Below, piece by piece: positions 40,772-55,702 of a stretch of 64,000 nucleotides of DNA. Location of the stretch: the NCBI RefSeq assembly GCF_037042905.1, contig NC_087251.1:38130001-38194000 (forward strand), given 5' to 3'. Positions within the stretch are counted from its first letter, which is position 1. Every line of letters begins with the position of its first letter. The position numbers and the translations under genes are program-made. Under the pieces are notes generated by a model that was given only the letters and a program-made list of their open reading frames with translations, made no database searches and was not told where the DNA came from. The stretch is from Lytechinus pictus. Taxonomy: Eukaryota.

Positions 40772-42612
40772 CTACATAGAAAGGCAAGTTAATAAAAATA
40801 AAATTGTTATTGTTAAACATTTTTTTTTTCAAATCAACTTCATAAAAGTTGTAAAGTAAGGTATCTTATAAAAAAAAACTTTGTAAAAAAAGTACATGTC
40901 CAAAACATTGAAACACATACACGACATCATCATTATTGCCCTTGCTTTGAATATTCAAAATCAATCAAAGCATTTAATCAGAATAACAAATAGATTTAAC
41001 ATGAACATTAACTAAAAAGAACTCAAGTTTGAATTCACATGTAAATGTGAAATAAAACAATGCAGTAATCATGAATTTTTCAACATCAAGCTTGCCTATA
41101 TGTACATTTTTTTGAAGAAAAAAAATCATCCAAACCAATCAGAATAAAAACTGACTGGAAGGGCAACATATCCAATATGATGGAGAAAAGTGAAAAAAAA
41201 ATCATTTGTTCTTCTAATGACTTCAGTATGAGACATTTTAGGTGATCTACAAAGGTCATGTCCATGGAGACAGCATGTAGTATGTTCTTAATTCCTTTCA
41301 GAGTGCATGCGCAGAGACAGGTTTGATCCGTTCTTGGAAAAACCTCTTGATTTGGGTCATGCCCTCAGACTCTGCACAGTTAGGATAATGCCTCAAAATT
41401 CATACAGTAAAATCGTCGCCATTGTAACAGCTACTAAAGTTACAGCACTCTATGTGTGATTTCTATTGTAAACTGAGACAGATCTCAAAACATTTACCAG
41501 ATGATATGTAGGAAATCTGCTTGCATATGACATCACAAATCAAAAGATTAAAATTCTAATAACTTTTTTTATTATTCAATGGATTTTTCTCAAGCCTTTG
41601 GCAATATTTATATAATATTGACTGGTCTTGAGGGGAACATCAAATATATTGCCAGCAAAAGAATCATATTGGCCCGAGTCTTTAGACGAGGGCAATATGG
41701 GTCTTTTAAGGGCAATATGTTTGATGTTCCCCGAAAGAAGGGCAGTCAATATTTTTATTATCATCCAAATCAGATATCTAGAGCAAAAATCATGATAACA
41801 GTGATATCTTTTAAGAATAGAGTTCTGTTGTGTCATGATAATATCAGTGTCTAGGCTCTGCATTTTACCATTATGACGTACTTGCAAGCGCCCAGGTCCA
41901 GCGTTGTCTTTATTATGACGTACATGTAGATCGTTGGTGCGCGGAACATTATGAAGCGTATCACTTCATTCGCATCCTAAAAGGCCCGGATGTGAGACCA
42001 GGGAAAATACAAAGGTATATTTTGCGTCGTCTCTGCATGCAAAGTCAATACGCGCATTGAGACCGAGGAAGATACAAACAATATACCTATCCCTTCCTGA
42101 TAATAATAAAATACAGGGAAATACAGTTTTGTAAATGACCAGCTCAGGTGTCTGATACGGGTGATAATTCTTTATATTTTTCTGCTATTTTTACAATGAA
42201 CTTTTTGTCAGGGTGAAATGAAGTGTCTATCCTGGATAAACCAAAAATCATTATTATAATATTTATTATCCAACCACAAAAATTAAACAAAAACAAATTA
42301 AACATCATACACTAGAGCCTATAAAACACATACCAGTACCAAATTGTGAAAAGGGTCAACAACAACAAACAATGTCACATGTATATGTAGTTACATTCTC
42401 AAGTAATCAAGAAAGAGGATTCTTAGACAATAACTGCATAATGAATTTTCCCCAACATTTATACTACCATCCCTATATTCATCGACACCCGCCCACCACC
42501 ACCACCACCACCACCCCTTCCTAAAATTATAATCTCATTATCTCCCAGCACACAGGTGATGTCTTACTTTTAATACCCCTTTCTAAGTTTTATGTGCTTG
42601 CAGTGAGCCTAA

Positions 42613-43366
42613 GACCCCTGTTACATCTGAGAGATTCCCTACCTCGGGCCGGCCTGGGGTCTACCTCGGGTCGGAAAGAAATCAGATGTAAACATCCCAA
42701 ACCTACCTCGGGCCACCTTTTAGCGAACCTACCCGAGACCACATCCAGAGGTAGTCTCGGGTAGGTATCGGGCCGGCCCCGGTCCACCGATACGTAGATG
42801 TAAACGCACACAAGCTTTCGAACCTATCTCGGTCCGTTCGCCAGCTGTCAAATTACGTCATAGCGCGCGCTATCCCCTCCCCAGCCCCGTCGTTCTTCGA
42901 ATGTTTTGCGGCACTCGACATGTGAATTGTGATTGATAAAGTCTTTGATTTGAGTGGAAAGAAGGAAGCATTTTAAACGTATCCTTTTCAAGTCGATCAT
43001 ATCTTCAACGACTGCTGGGATCATCAGCATTCTTCCAGAATCTCGGGTAAAGGTAAAGGTAAAGGGTCGTTTCGACTCTCTCTGGAAATGATCGGCACAT
43101 GTCCCACCCTGTCATTTCTGTGTAGCAGCCGACGAGTGTAAAGAAATGTAAACAACTTCAATTAGCGCGCACAAATTGAGAGCGCCCTTTGGTGTCAGCA
43201 ATCGGATACCGCTCGAAACCGTACCGATAGGGGAGGGAATGAACGCTGTGATGTAAACAGACCACATTTCGTCCGTTCGCGAAGCTAATCCACCAATAAT
43301 CCAGTCAAGGTTGCAAGTGGACTCGGTCGGGTCTCGGGTAGGAAACTTTCAGATGTAACAGGGGTC
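42613..43366. mobile_element. Young Harbinger-like MITE
   Basis: taa TSD; perfect TIR gacccctgttacatctga / tcagatgtaacaggggtc; GC- and CpG-rich interior. Confidence 0.9.
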
Positions 43367-44111
43367 TAAGATGGCCCATAAACTGCAGGATACACATTTT
43401 GTTTTAGTGCCTCAGTTCATGCAATTAGTATATATCACAACTAACAGTCGGGTCACAGGGGCCTTGGCTTTGACACATTTGACACATTTTAGGAATGCAG
43501 ATTATGTTCCCTGGCAGGCACTCAAATTGCGTTTTAAAGCTATACCTGAGCTTTCTGAGCAAGCTCCAACGTGAAGAAATATGGATAAATGTTGTCCCAG
43601 CTAATCAGAAAAAAGAATAAACATGTTGACTGTAAAGAAAGCCCTGGCTATCTATATGATTAATTTTATTGTCCTGGCTCTCTATGTCTGCCTATGTCAG
43701 AATTATCGCATTAGACATTTTAGATGGAGGGAATTATCAAAATTGAAATAATGATGGTCGCTTCCTCTGTGGTGTAGAGTATATTCTCTTTTTCCTTCCT
43801 TTTCTTAAAAATCAAAACCCAAAGGTCAAAGTAGAAATTTGCATAAATACACATGTGCATGTACCAGGCTGGCATGTACGCTTACAAGAAAAGTACTACA
43901 AAGAAAAATGTCTCTGAAAGAATCAGGAAATCACATCCAACATTTACAAATTACAGTGTATTTGGTGCATAGGACTAGTTTACTACATTTACATCTTGGC
44001 AATGTGTATTTAAAGCCAATCAATGATTATTTCCTTGGGACACGTGAATGTTCATTTACTTGAAGGTAAATTCACTGACCAATTTATCATGCATTAATGA
44101 ATTACACTTAA

Positions 44112-44507
44112 AGAGAAATTCCAGTAGTTGAAGTAAACACTGATTTCATGAGAAAGTCTGTAAAACCAGGCTTAATTGTCAGTATATCATCGAGGATCTA
44201 GATCTGGTACAGTTACATAAACTGAACTTTGTGAAATCTTGAAATCTACGCTGAATAATGTTCAGACTGAACTTCCCCAACACAGATAAGCGCACGTGGG
44301 ACAGTGTATAATTATTGCTTTGAGCGTCGGGCCCCGACGCTCTACCCGAATCCTGTGCTTATTTGCTGATTTCTCAGCAATTACACAATTTCTTCCAGAA
44401 TCCTTTGGCACATGCGTTTTATTCATACAAACAGACACTTTGGTGGTCATTTCATTGGATTCTGTACGAACTCATTTTGATATCATTACCAAAACTAGCA
44501 TTTACCT
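44112..44507 (+). mobile_element. Kolobok-like MITE family C, copy 1
   Basis: TTAA on both sides, AG...CT termini; colinear with 47914-48307. Confidence 0.87.
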
Positions 44508-47500
44508 TTAAGGCATAAAACATGATAATCCAGTCTGCATGTACATGTATTTCATGTTGCTATCTTAGGCAAGCCCAAGGACAGCTTTTAGATTGTACAG
44601 ATCATCTTCTTTTAATTTAGTTAACCACATGGTTACTCATAAATTTAGATATCAGTAAGTTACATGATTGTACAGCAATTCTAACTCCCTGATCTAATAG
44701 TCAATGACCTCTATTCTACATGTACTTTGATTTTTGTATATAGGCCTACATGTACATGTACTACTGTTCATGCAGCCGTCTAAAACAAGCTCTAAGATGA
44801 ATTTATTCATTATGGTATCATTATGAATGCCTATTCACTCAGATAGCTTTTATATTTTTTAATTCCAATTTCTAATTTTGTTGAGTACATTATTTTACAT
44901 GTAAATGATAAATTACAATAAAGGATGTTAAATATACATGTATGCATTCAATAACTTCTCTTAGATCACTCCTGTTCATACCGTAGACATATACTTCCAA
45001 AGACATTTTATTGTAACAAACTGGAAGAGAATATCCAGTTTACCTTCATTATTCTCTGCCACAAAGTATAACTCAGGAATAATCAAGATAATGAAGCAAA
45101 ATAAAGCAAATAATTACTGTGCTATGGTTCAATGCGATTGTATGAAATTTTGTTACTTCAACAAATAAAAGCTTATGTAGCCTAATTACATGTACTGTAA
45201 ATGTAGGTCAACAACATTAATGAAGGGGGAAACTGGCATGGATTTCAAAAGGAAGAAATATCCCCCATGCCTATCCATTCAAGGTGATAACGCATGGTAT
45301 TTACAGTATGTGCCAAGTGCAAGTCTACTCTGGCATGGCTGAACACCGTTTGTAATTAGATTTCAGTTTCCCACTCTCTCAGAGTCAGAGCACAGTATTC
45401 AGGTCACTGTAAATGAACTCCATTTTTCTGTCAACTATTCTAGTACTGTATACTTGAAGACACTACACCAAACTAAAAAGTCACTAATGTTTGATCAAAA
45501 TTTGCAATTCTACAAACCAATTTGTCAAAATTCAGTTTTATCGAATTATCCAACTACATTGAGGAGTGCACAATACCATTGGACGTATATGTACAGTGTT
45601 AGCTGTAGTGGGCAATGAGGGAACCTTCCACCCCTAAAAAATTCTGACTAGCACTCAATGCAATATTACACATGCATCCGACAATAGTTCCACCACTGAC
45701 AAAAATAATATAAAAATATATTTGTCACGTTTAAGCCATGAAAACTATATGTATCTTCATATTCTAGTAGTTTTCATGCTATAAACAGCAATAGCAAGCT
45801 TTCACATGAAAAAATTTCCACTGCTAAAAAGTCCCCTAGGATTAGAAACCATAGTCATGTAAAAAGATCCATTGTATTCTTCTTTCTTAATGATAGTGAA
45901 TATATTTTTGCATTGCAAATGTATTCATTGTCACTATTGAAATATTACATTGCACTTGTGATTAAAAATGATCCAGATTGTCATCTTTATATGAATGAAA
46001 GGTACTCCTTTAAATAAAAATACCCTGTGTTTCATAAATCATACCAACTACAGAATTCGCACATTCCTGCCCACTGAAACAAATTAATAAGTAGGTCTAC
46101 TCACTGCAAAATGACATCATCTCGTTTAGAGAGAAATCAATTTGCTTGTGTCTTGATGATGACCTATCCATCTGCATCACCGAGCTAAATGCATGCCATC
46201 TATTATGTAAGTTCTTTTGCATGACTATGTCTGAGTCAGACAGTGTAATAACATTAGATGACAGTTCACTGGAGACTGCCCATGACAACCTCTCATTTCG
46301 AGATTGGAAGACAGCGTGGAGAGACGTTGAATACAAATCAATGATAGAAAGCATGTCGCCCAACAACCGTGATGAATGCATAAATCACATCCATAAGGAC
46401 CTTGTGTGATTCTGCCCCAAAGATTGTTTTGTTTTGAAAATTCATACATGTAATTTCCAAAAGAACATTGTCAAACAAATAAAAATAAGATCACTTAAAT
46501 GTCAATACCACCCCCCCCCCCCCACCCCCTGGAAAGAAAAAGTTGATTTGAATGATAATCGAAATATCTTGTTTTGTAGATTTGACAATGTGTTAAATCG
46601 TAGTGAAAACTAAAATAATACTTTATGATTAATGAAAATTTAAACAATGTTTCCACATCAAAGGAAACAGATAATGAAAATTTAAAAAAAAGAATGTAGA
46701 ATACCAATTAGTTATTTCATTTGTATACTGCTCATTTGTATTACACAACATTATTTACATGTAATAGAATTAACCTAAACTTTGAAATAATATACAAGTT
46801 ACAATTTTCTTATCTGACATCCAATTTTGATGAAATTTGCAGTGTGGTGCCTCTTTGATTTTTCTTTATTCATTCAAATCAAATTGTTGTTAAGGTGAAC
46901 TTGGCCTTTGATATTTGCATTTTAGATCCTATGTATTTCGATTGGTGCATCAACTGCCCTGCCCGCTCCCCTTTTCTACAATGCCTGACTAGTGATTCTA
47001 TAAGAAGAGAAATTTACCCTTGAACTGCATGAAGGTTGATGTCATTCTTAGTCACTCCCTTCCAACTTCAAACAAATTCCTTCATGACATGATTGTAAAT
47101 GTAAAACCTTCCAGACCTCACAAGTTTACCTGTCCTATACACTTTGCCTATAGAGAACCAAGGAGGGTTAAATCTCCTTGAGAGAACGTACATGTAGTAC
47201 AGTACATGTACATGCAATTGCATGAAATACATCCGTATCATTGGTGACACTGTCAGATGTACATGTACATGTACTACTGAAACTCACATCTTTGGCAACA
47301 CGTACAATTACCATTTGAAAAAGGTTTAAAAAATCATTGTCATACAGGCCTACATGTACATGAGTAGCACAATACTACATACTACCTGAAAATATTATGA
47401 TCTTAATTTTTGATGGTTTAAGATTAAAGTAAGTCCTACACTATCATTTATAAGAACATTTCCTTCCATCCAAAATAATTCTCTTATTACAAGTATGCCT

Positions 47501-47913
47501 ATACCTAAAATTATAAAGGCAGGAAAATGACAATATTATACAACTGAAGGTCTTTGTCACTTTACATGTAAAAAAGGTAAGGTCATTTTACTAGATGTTG
47601 TATGTATGTGTACATGAATTTGTTGACAGACATTGACAGAATATGAGTGTCAGACTGCACATCCTTGTTGAACTACAAAGACACACCCCCAGGCCTATTC
47701 ACACTGAAGGTTATTATGTAATACAGAAAACAATTAACAGGAAGAAGACCTTGACCCCCTAATACACTGTATAATTTTGAAGGTGACACTCATCCCCATT
47801 CATACAAATCAAAGGGTATCAATACTATCATATCCAAGCAACATGCACCCCTAATAGTGTCCAGATTAAAGTTTTTGGTGTTTCACAAAGAGTTAATTGG
47901 TTGCAAAGCTTAA

Positions 47914-48307
47914 AGCTAAATGAACGTAGTTGCAGTAAAACACTGATTTCGTGAGAAAGTCTGTAAAACCAAGGTAAAGTATTGATATATCATCGTGGAT
48001 CTAGATCTGGTACAGTTACATAAACTGAACTTTGTGAAATCATAATATCTAGCTAAAAAAACGATCACACTGAAGATCGCCAACACAGATAGGCACACGT
48101 GGGACAGTGTATTATTATTGCTGGTTAAAGACCCGACGGAAGTGACCGGATCCGCGCTTATTTTGCTTATGTGTCAGCAATTACACAATTTCTTCCAGAA
48201 TCCTTTGGCACATATTTTTTATTCATACAAACAGACACTTTGGTGATCATTATATTAAATTCTGTAAAAAGTCATGTTGAGATCGTTCCCACAACTGGAA
48301 TTTATCT
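47914..48307 (+). mobile_element. Kolobok-like MITE family C, copy 2
   Basis: TTAA on both sides; colinear with 44112-44507. Confidence 0.87.
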
Positions 48308-50190
48308 TTAAGCACCACCATGCACAAAATAACATGCGTCCCCTGAGCATGCAATGTTGACATGTGGTGATTTTTTACATCCACTTGTGACTGGGATTTT
48401 AAATTGAACGTCTGGTCAGACTTTAATCTTTGTGAAACACCCCCCTATCTAAAACAATACAAAACTCTATGTGCCCTTCTCCCCTCCCCCTCAAAAAAAG
48501 TTAGGCCAGCCCAAATCAAACCCCCAAAACCTCATAGGCTGCCCAAACTGCTTTCACATCAAAATATTAATCCCTTAAACCTTACTCAGGCCAACAAAAA
48601 AGATTTATGCACTGAAACATACCTGTCAGTCAAATTCATATGCATATCTCTTCTCGACATTATGTACATGTAAAACAAATCTATTGTCAATGATAATAAG
48701 GAAAAAGACATTGTATCAATACAACCTACAGTTTAAAGCGAGGTTATTTCTATTTAGAAATTTCCTGCACTGATTAACTTTTTTTTACAATTACATGCAC
48801 AATCGGAATGTCTGTGCATATCAAATTACTTATTTGAACAGCCTCTTTCAATATCACATCATAAACACTTCCTCTTTTACCAAGACAATAGTATACAATG
48901 CATGTGTGAAGTGCAATGCAAAACCAAAACTAGTAATAATGGACATTTTTTTTGTATCACTATCCAGATGCATGACTCCTTTTCAACTTCTCATGGGGAT
49001 TTTTAGTTTTACCTTTTTAATCAACAATCTTATAATTTTGAATATTACAATACTATACAAAACATAGGCCTATAAGTATATACAAAAATGAAGTGAACAT
49101 GAACATCCCATGAACGATCAACAAAATACTAAAATGTGCAGAACATTAAAATTACAGTCTAGTTGTATGTATAATGTAAATCATTTAGGGTATTTTTTTT
49201 GTTTTGTGTGGGTTTTTTTTTCCTGTTATTTTGGGGAGTTCTTTTTTTTTTTGGGGGGGGGTGGGCTCTGTTTCACTTATTATTGTGTAACATATTTGCT
49301 ATACTTGTTTGGATTTCGGTTTGGGGAGAGGATCATACACAGCAGGGGACAGTTGCCCCCCCGAAAGTTTGAAAACTTTTTTTTTTTTTTTAATTCACCA
49401 AAAGTGTGCTCAGTCACTTTGCTTCCTTGCTTTCGAAGTTCTTCAAAAATATTTATGAATCTAGCCAAAACTTCATTTTCCCTTAATAAAAAAAACAAAT
49501 AAGCTCACGATGGAGAACTTTGTGATGTAAGTGAGTGGGTGTAGGAAATAGGGGTGAAAATTACAGCAGTGGTTTGTAATGGGAGGGGCACACAAGGTTC
49601 AAACCATGGCAAAGGAAACATCAGACATGAAAGTTAATACAGGAAAAAGAGGCCATGAATTATGTATAAAGGATGCATAGAGCTAATAATAATATAACCT
49701 CAAATTTCTCGTCTCCCCGCCACCCCCCTTTCCTCCCCCTGCATGTTGCAAAGCTCTATAGTTTTTCTTAGCATTAGTTTTTCTATGCAAGTGTCGGATG
49801 TAAGCGAGTGGGCGTAGGAAACAGGAGTGAAAGTTGAACAGGAGATGCTTGCAGCGGGAAGATAGAGGGGTGGCAGCCAAGGGGTCACAGCAAGGGAAAG
49901 ATCGAAGCAGACACTGAACGTTTGAGGAAGAGAGGCCATAGGAATTCACAGGCCGAACAAAGTCTCTTCCCTCACCCTCCTAAATCACAACTTGTGAATA
50001 AAGTGACAGATAGTTGAATCAGTATAACTGTTATGTAGGCTATGTAATAGAGAGACAGACAAATTGTCCCTCTCTGGCTTAAAATTTGTTGGAATCTCTT
50101 TTTTTTTCCATTTTTTAGTTAAAATAAACATCTGAAAATCAAATGTGAAACAATTATACTACTTGAGTTTTGCATTACTGATTGAAATAT

Positions 50191-50385
50191 GCGATAGCTC
50201 AGTCGGTAGAGCAGGGGTTTTGCATTCCAATGACTCCAGTTCGATTCCCACTTGGTGTGCTACATGTAGTGCCCTTTGGTAAGGCACTAATCCTCATTAC
50301 CAGATCCCTCGGAGAGGACCTTAAGCCGTCGGTCCTCTGGCTGCTTGCTTACAAGCATTCATGCTGTAGCAATCAGGTATAAAAA
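50191..50385 (+). mobile_element. tRNA-derived SINE
   Basis: A box tagctcagtcgg, B box agttcgattcc, followed by a non-tRNA body (ggagaggaccttaagccgtcggtcc). Confidence 0.8.
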
Positions 50386-51801
50386 ATCACCACCACCACT
50401 ACCATATTAGAAGAGTGTGGTTCTAATGTTAAGTGAGCTAGTATCACAAATTACATCCTACACTTATGGTCTATTAGATGTGGCCTTGCGTGCATAGATC
50501 TACATGTGTACTTCATCATCATCATCGTCATATCATTTTTTCCTTTTGATTTCAAATTATACTTCAAATTACAGCAATGTAGAAAAAAATATATTTTGAG
50601 GTTTTATCGCTTGGGTTTCAAATTATACTTCAAATGACAGCGATGTAGAAAAAAAAATGTAAAGAATACAATTCCCCTCTTTTTTTACATATGAAATTAT
50701 ACCTAGACAAGAAACTACCAGTATATATTTTGTGTAACTGGCCTATATTAGACAAAATTAATTCTATGCAATACTACCAGAACATGAACAAAGTTTAATA
50801 TATGTAGTATTTACCCCATGGAAGAAAAGGACCCCATGGAAGAACAGTGGTATTTTATTAATACCGCTGAAATGGGCCATCCTCCATATGATCTGTATGT
50901 TATGTTAAATTGAGCATGTATATGAAATAAATACAAACAAACAAACCTCTAATCTTTGTTATAAAATAACGATAAAGAAATTAATTGTATTGCCGGAAAA
51001 ACCTACATGTATGAATACAACATGTATGTAAACAGTAACACCCCAAATTTAATTAAGTGCACTATTAAAGTAAGCGATAAGCATCTATAAACAATGATAC
51101 ATGCAATTGATTCACCAATTAATTGAAAGATGATGTCTTTCAAAGAATTTCTGAACATAAAAAAAAAAATCCTACAGTGTAGAACGTATTTCATCTCTGC
51201 ACTTAAGAATACACACACACAGGTCTAGTTGTATAGACCTGCATCTCAGTCTACCTGGGGAGCTTTTCATGAAACCAACAGTCAGTGATTTTCACCCACA
51301 ATTTGCTCTAAGCCAATCAGTAACAGAGATGTCAGTAGCTTATAACAAGTAGTTAGTAAAAAAAACCTTGGCTATTGCTCCCTGATGCAGATGCACTTTA
51401 ACCATGGAGGCATACTTTAACCTTCATGTAAATGACTCATGCTCATTCTACAGTACTGGCATCAATTGACCTACTTGTCTATACAGATGGGCAGTTCAAT
51501 AATTGCAATCTATAATAGGCGTACACATGAACCCACTGGCAGATCCAGGGGGGCACAGTCGGCCCGTGCCCCCCCCCCCCCACTTATGATAAAAATTTGT
51601 AATGTAAATATAGAGCTTTTACCCAAGTGTGCCCCCCCCCCCCCCTTTAGAAAGTTAGGACCTTTTTTTGCTTGTCAAATTTTCATCGCAAAAATGTGCC
51701 CCCCCCCCTTGGAAAATCCTGGGTAGGTCCCTGCATAAACATGTCTGTGTACATGTACATACCGCACACCTATATGTAATAATACATTTAGTGATGGTAA
51801 T

Positions 51802-51991
51802 TAGGGGTGTGAGTGGTCACAAATAAAAAGATCTGAAAAAAGCTGAAGAGTGTTGAAAAAGTCTGAAATAGAAAGAGTTCCCATACTTTTTGTACAGAGG
51901 AAGGCCAAAAATAAGCTGAAATTAAGCTGAAAATCAAAACAAAAAAAATCTGAAATCAGATCAGATAAAAATCTGAACTCTCACACCCCTG
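51802..51991. mobile_element. Short hAT-like MITE with 6-bp TSD
   Basis: ggtaat|taggggtgtgag...ctcacacccctg|ggtaat; internal ctgaaa repeats. Confidence 0.75.
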
Positions 51992-53194
51992 GGTAATATA
52001 ACTGTTTGGTTGTTCATTGCTTAAAATAAAAAGTATCATTTTGAAGATTTTTTTCCCCCTGTAAAAATTATGTTTTTCCCCCATTATAAACTTGCACTGC
52101 ATTATATAGCAGAAATGCATATCATTCAATAAATCAATACTGCAGCCACACCCATTTTATCAAGAAGTCATTACATTCATCTTCATTCAAGTCACGAACC
52201 GTCTGGATATAAATCCATCCAGTTGATTTAGTATTAAAGATCTTTCGATCTGTCAATTGTTATGATGCCAAAGCTGTACTGTACACAAGTACATGTATGT
52301 CCATGGTGGGAGAGAACTCTGGGGTGAAACTTACAGGGGATTCCCCTCCCACGTCCCTCCTTCAGCTCCATCTTTTACATTGAAATCAAATTGTACACAA
52401 AACATAAACTAAAACTTTTCTCCAAATGAAATTTATGAAATTTGAAGTCACCTTTACAACCTTTACAATCATAAAGTAGACACATATCTTACACGTTTAC
52501 ATGTACAGGTACAGACTAACACTCAACATGTACATCTACATGTACATGGTCTATGTAAAAAAATACATTTTGTCAAAACATACTTAAATGTTGAGGCAGA
52601 GTATACATGTATGTATGTCCATATACTCATTCTCATAATGCATTTTCCACATTTCTCCTGATGACCCGTTATTAAAAATACCATGCACAGTTAATCCATG
52701 ACTACTCATTCACTGCTGGGTAATTAAGCAGGGTTTATCTGCAACTGGAATCTGCCCTTTAGTGGACTTACACTGTAACATGGCAGATGTCACAGTAACC
52801 ATGTAAATGTTGCTGGGCGCAGTTTAATAGACATATCGTATGGAATATCGAGTGTTTCCTTGATTATCCTTGTAAAAATGCAACAAATGTTTTAATCCTA
52901 GAGTGCATTATGGAAAAGCCTTCATCCTTTTCCAGCAATTACATCGCCACTTGCTATTATAGTGCTATCTAGTATCAATCACCAGTGGTAATGATAGCAA
53001 AACGTCTGCATGCTCCTTTGGCGTATGAAAGTCATATACGTGCTACCTATCGCAACTGGTGATAACAATAGTTACTGATTGCACCGTCATTCACCAGTGG
53101 TGATGATTGCGAGTCTGAATGCTCTTTTATCATGTGTCGTAATACATGTATGCTACCTCTTGCAAGAGGTGATAATGTCTGAATGACACGTTAC

Positions 53195-53694
53195 CAGAGC
53201 TGCCAAGTTGTATTTTGCATTTTCAGTATTCTTATCCCCCAAAATCAGTATTTTGACAAAAAAATCAGTATTTTTACCGTGTGAGATAAATATTTTGTAT
53301 TTTTCCCCAAAAAAGTGTATTTCATAATAAAATGCACTCGCCCATCACGGCGCTCAAGCTGCATGCAAGCTAAAATGTGCACTGTTCTTGCAGATGAAAA
53401 AAAAAAAAACATTGAAACTTGTGTATATCTCACCCTGGTTTTTAAAAAATGATTGAAAAAAAAACAAGTTACCTGAAATTACATTGATCTAATAACCATA
53501 TTTGTGTACGTTTTATGAAATAGAGACATATAGAGATGATTTTTCTCAATAAATTTCGATTTTGTAAAAAAAAATATATATATTTATATTTTTTTAAATA
53601 CAAAAAACATATTTTTAAAAGAAAAAACGTACTGCCGTATTTTGGTTGCAAAAACGTACTAAATACGGAAAAATCGTACTACTTGGCAGCTCTG
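53195..53694. mobile_element. hAT-like MITE with 6-bp TSD
   Basis: cgttac|cagagctgccaagt...acttggcagctctg|cgttac. Confidence 0.88.
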
Positions 53695-54019
53695 CGTTAC
53701 TGATCACGACTGGTTACCAATAGCGCTACTTACGTACACTATTCTAATTAGGGTTGTTTTTTGTGGAAAAACAAATAAAAGTCCATCTTCAGGTCTCTTA
53801 AACTACATGTATGGTTAATTTGCCAGTATGGCAACTACATTTACCATAGAAATCTTAATTGCGATTGGCTGCTGAGTGCTGTTACCATGAAAGTTGCCAT
53901 TTTGACTGAGTTACCAAAGTTTGTAACTCCTTATAAAATGGGCCCAGAACTGGGTATCTTGCTGTCTTTCGTAAGTAGTAGAGTATAAAGTGCTAAATTC
54001 TTTCTATTACGTAACATAC

Positions 54020-54123
54020 CTTAATATCTCTGTGCATCTTTCCAAGCGTATGCATATAAGCTAATCCAGTCAATGTCTGTTGGCACACATAAGCAATCTG
54101 TAGTTCTGCCAAATGTCCAGTCA
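54020..54123 (-). CDS. MAP4K3/5: MAP4K3/5-like kinase exon (first exon found in window; helix E and catalytic loop)
   Basis: tttatag|TG ACT GGA...ATT AAG|gtatg; translates [34 protein letters not shown], including the HRDIK motif. Confidence 0.96.
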
Positions 54124-54256
54124 CTATAAATAAACAAGAAAAAGCAGACATTCAATTTTTACAAGATTGTTAAAATAATATGATTATAAACAATACATAA
54201 AATCTATTGCCTTAATGCCTTTATAAAATAAAATAATAGGCAAAGGTAACCCTTAA

Positions 54257-54861
54257 AACGGATACTCCGGGATGAAAATAATCATATATTAATAAATAGA
54301 GTAAAATTCATTGAGCAAAGTGCTGAAAATTTCATCAAAATCGGAAAACAAATAACAAAGTTATTGAATTTTAAAGTTTAGCATTATTTTGTAAAAATAG
54401 TTATATGCACGTCATCATGAATATTCATTAGGTGGGCTGATGATGTCACATTCCCACTTTCCTTTTTCTTCATATGTTATTACATGAAATCATAATAGTT
54501 TCATTTTTTCATACATGTGTAAATAATGTGTCTCCTCTTTAATGAAATAAGTTGCAGCAATTAATATCAAATGCACTAATCAGTTGTCAATTCAATTGTT
54601 TCAGTTCTTGGTAGAAAAAATTTGAATAAACCTAATTTTATATAATAAAATACAAAATAACAAGTATGGTTATGACATCATCAATTTGCTCATTGAATAT
54701 TCATGAAGACATGCCTAGAACTGTTTCACCGGAATAAAGCAAATCTTTAAAATGCAATAAATTTGTTATTCATTGTCCGATTTTGATCGAATTTTCAGTG
54801 TTCTGTTTGTCTGATTTTTTTATCTGTTAAAATCATATTATTTCCAGCCCGAAGCACCCCC
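54257..54861. mobile_element. Kolobok-like MITE
   Basis: TTAA flanks; inverted subterminal ctgaaaatttcatcaaaatcgga shared with 38074-38615. Confidence 0.78.
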
Positions 54862-55565
54862 TTAATACTAAACTTTACACCGGGGGGGGGGGGGGGGGGG
54901 TAGTGAATAGCAAAAAAATATTTCAATTGGTGCAAATATTATTGTTATTCAGGTTTATAAAAATAATGTATGTGTAAAAGAATAAATACATGTACATGAA
55001 GGCCTACTCAATTTACATTGTAAGTACACAGCTTCATTTTGTGCGGACACATACAGGTAGGATCTTGGACACACATGTACCTGTACAACTGTATTCTATA
55101 CAATGTACATAATTCATCAAAGTATACTGGATTCACACAAACAACTTTGGTTACACCCATGTATCTACTAGTATTTCATTAATAATGGACTCTGTGACAC
55201 AAGGCCTTGTGTGTTTCAAACCTCACAGGGCCGAGGGGGGCATTTCCACTAGCCAAAATAAGCTCAATCGAAAACTATATTAGCGCGCATTCCTCTCCAA
55301 CTTGGGAAATCAGCTTAAGCTAAATAGCGTTATCCTCTTGTAGGCCTACATGTTATCCTATTCTGTGTTTCTACGAACTAGCCAGCCAGTCATCAAATGC
55401 TGGTTTGATTATGGAAATAGCATCTAGTGCTGATAACAACTCTAATGCAAACATGACACCATTTTTACACAATTTACATTTAATTTAAAAACCAAATTTG
55501 TGCATCATTATTTTTTTCTTCAATTGTGGCTAATGAAAACTGGCAATGCAGGCCGCAGAGCCCTG

Positions 55566-55702
55566 AGGAGCATTTCATGAAACAGAAAGTCAGTGATGTT
55601 CACTGACTATTTGTTATATGCTACTGAAATCCTTGCATTTGATTGGCTCAGAGCAAATCTGTCAGTGAAAATCAATGACAAGATGTTTCATGAAACACTC
55701 CG
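55566..55702. mobile_element. About 140-bp palindromic mini-MITE family D (representative copy)
   Basis: ctg TSD; ggagcatttcatgaaac / gtttcatgaaacactcc; relatives near 6500, 14420, 30515, 32470, 51258, 57615, 63672. Confidence 0.82.

Noticed and set aside
50191-50268. Possible tRNA gene
   Set aside because: The acceptor and anticodon stems do not pair well, and it runs straight into a SINE body.
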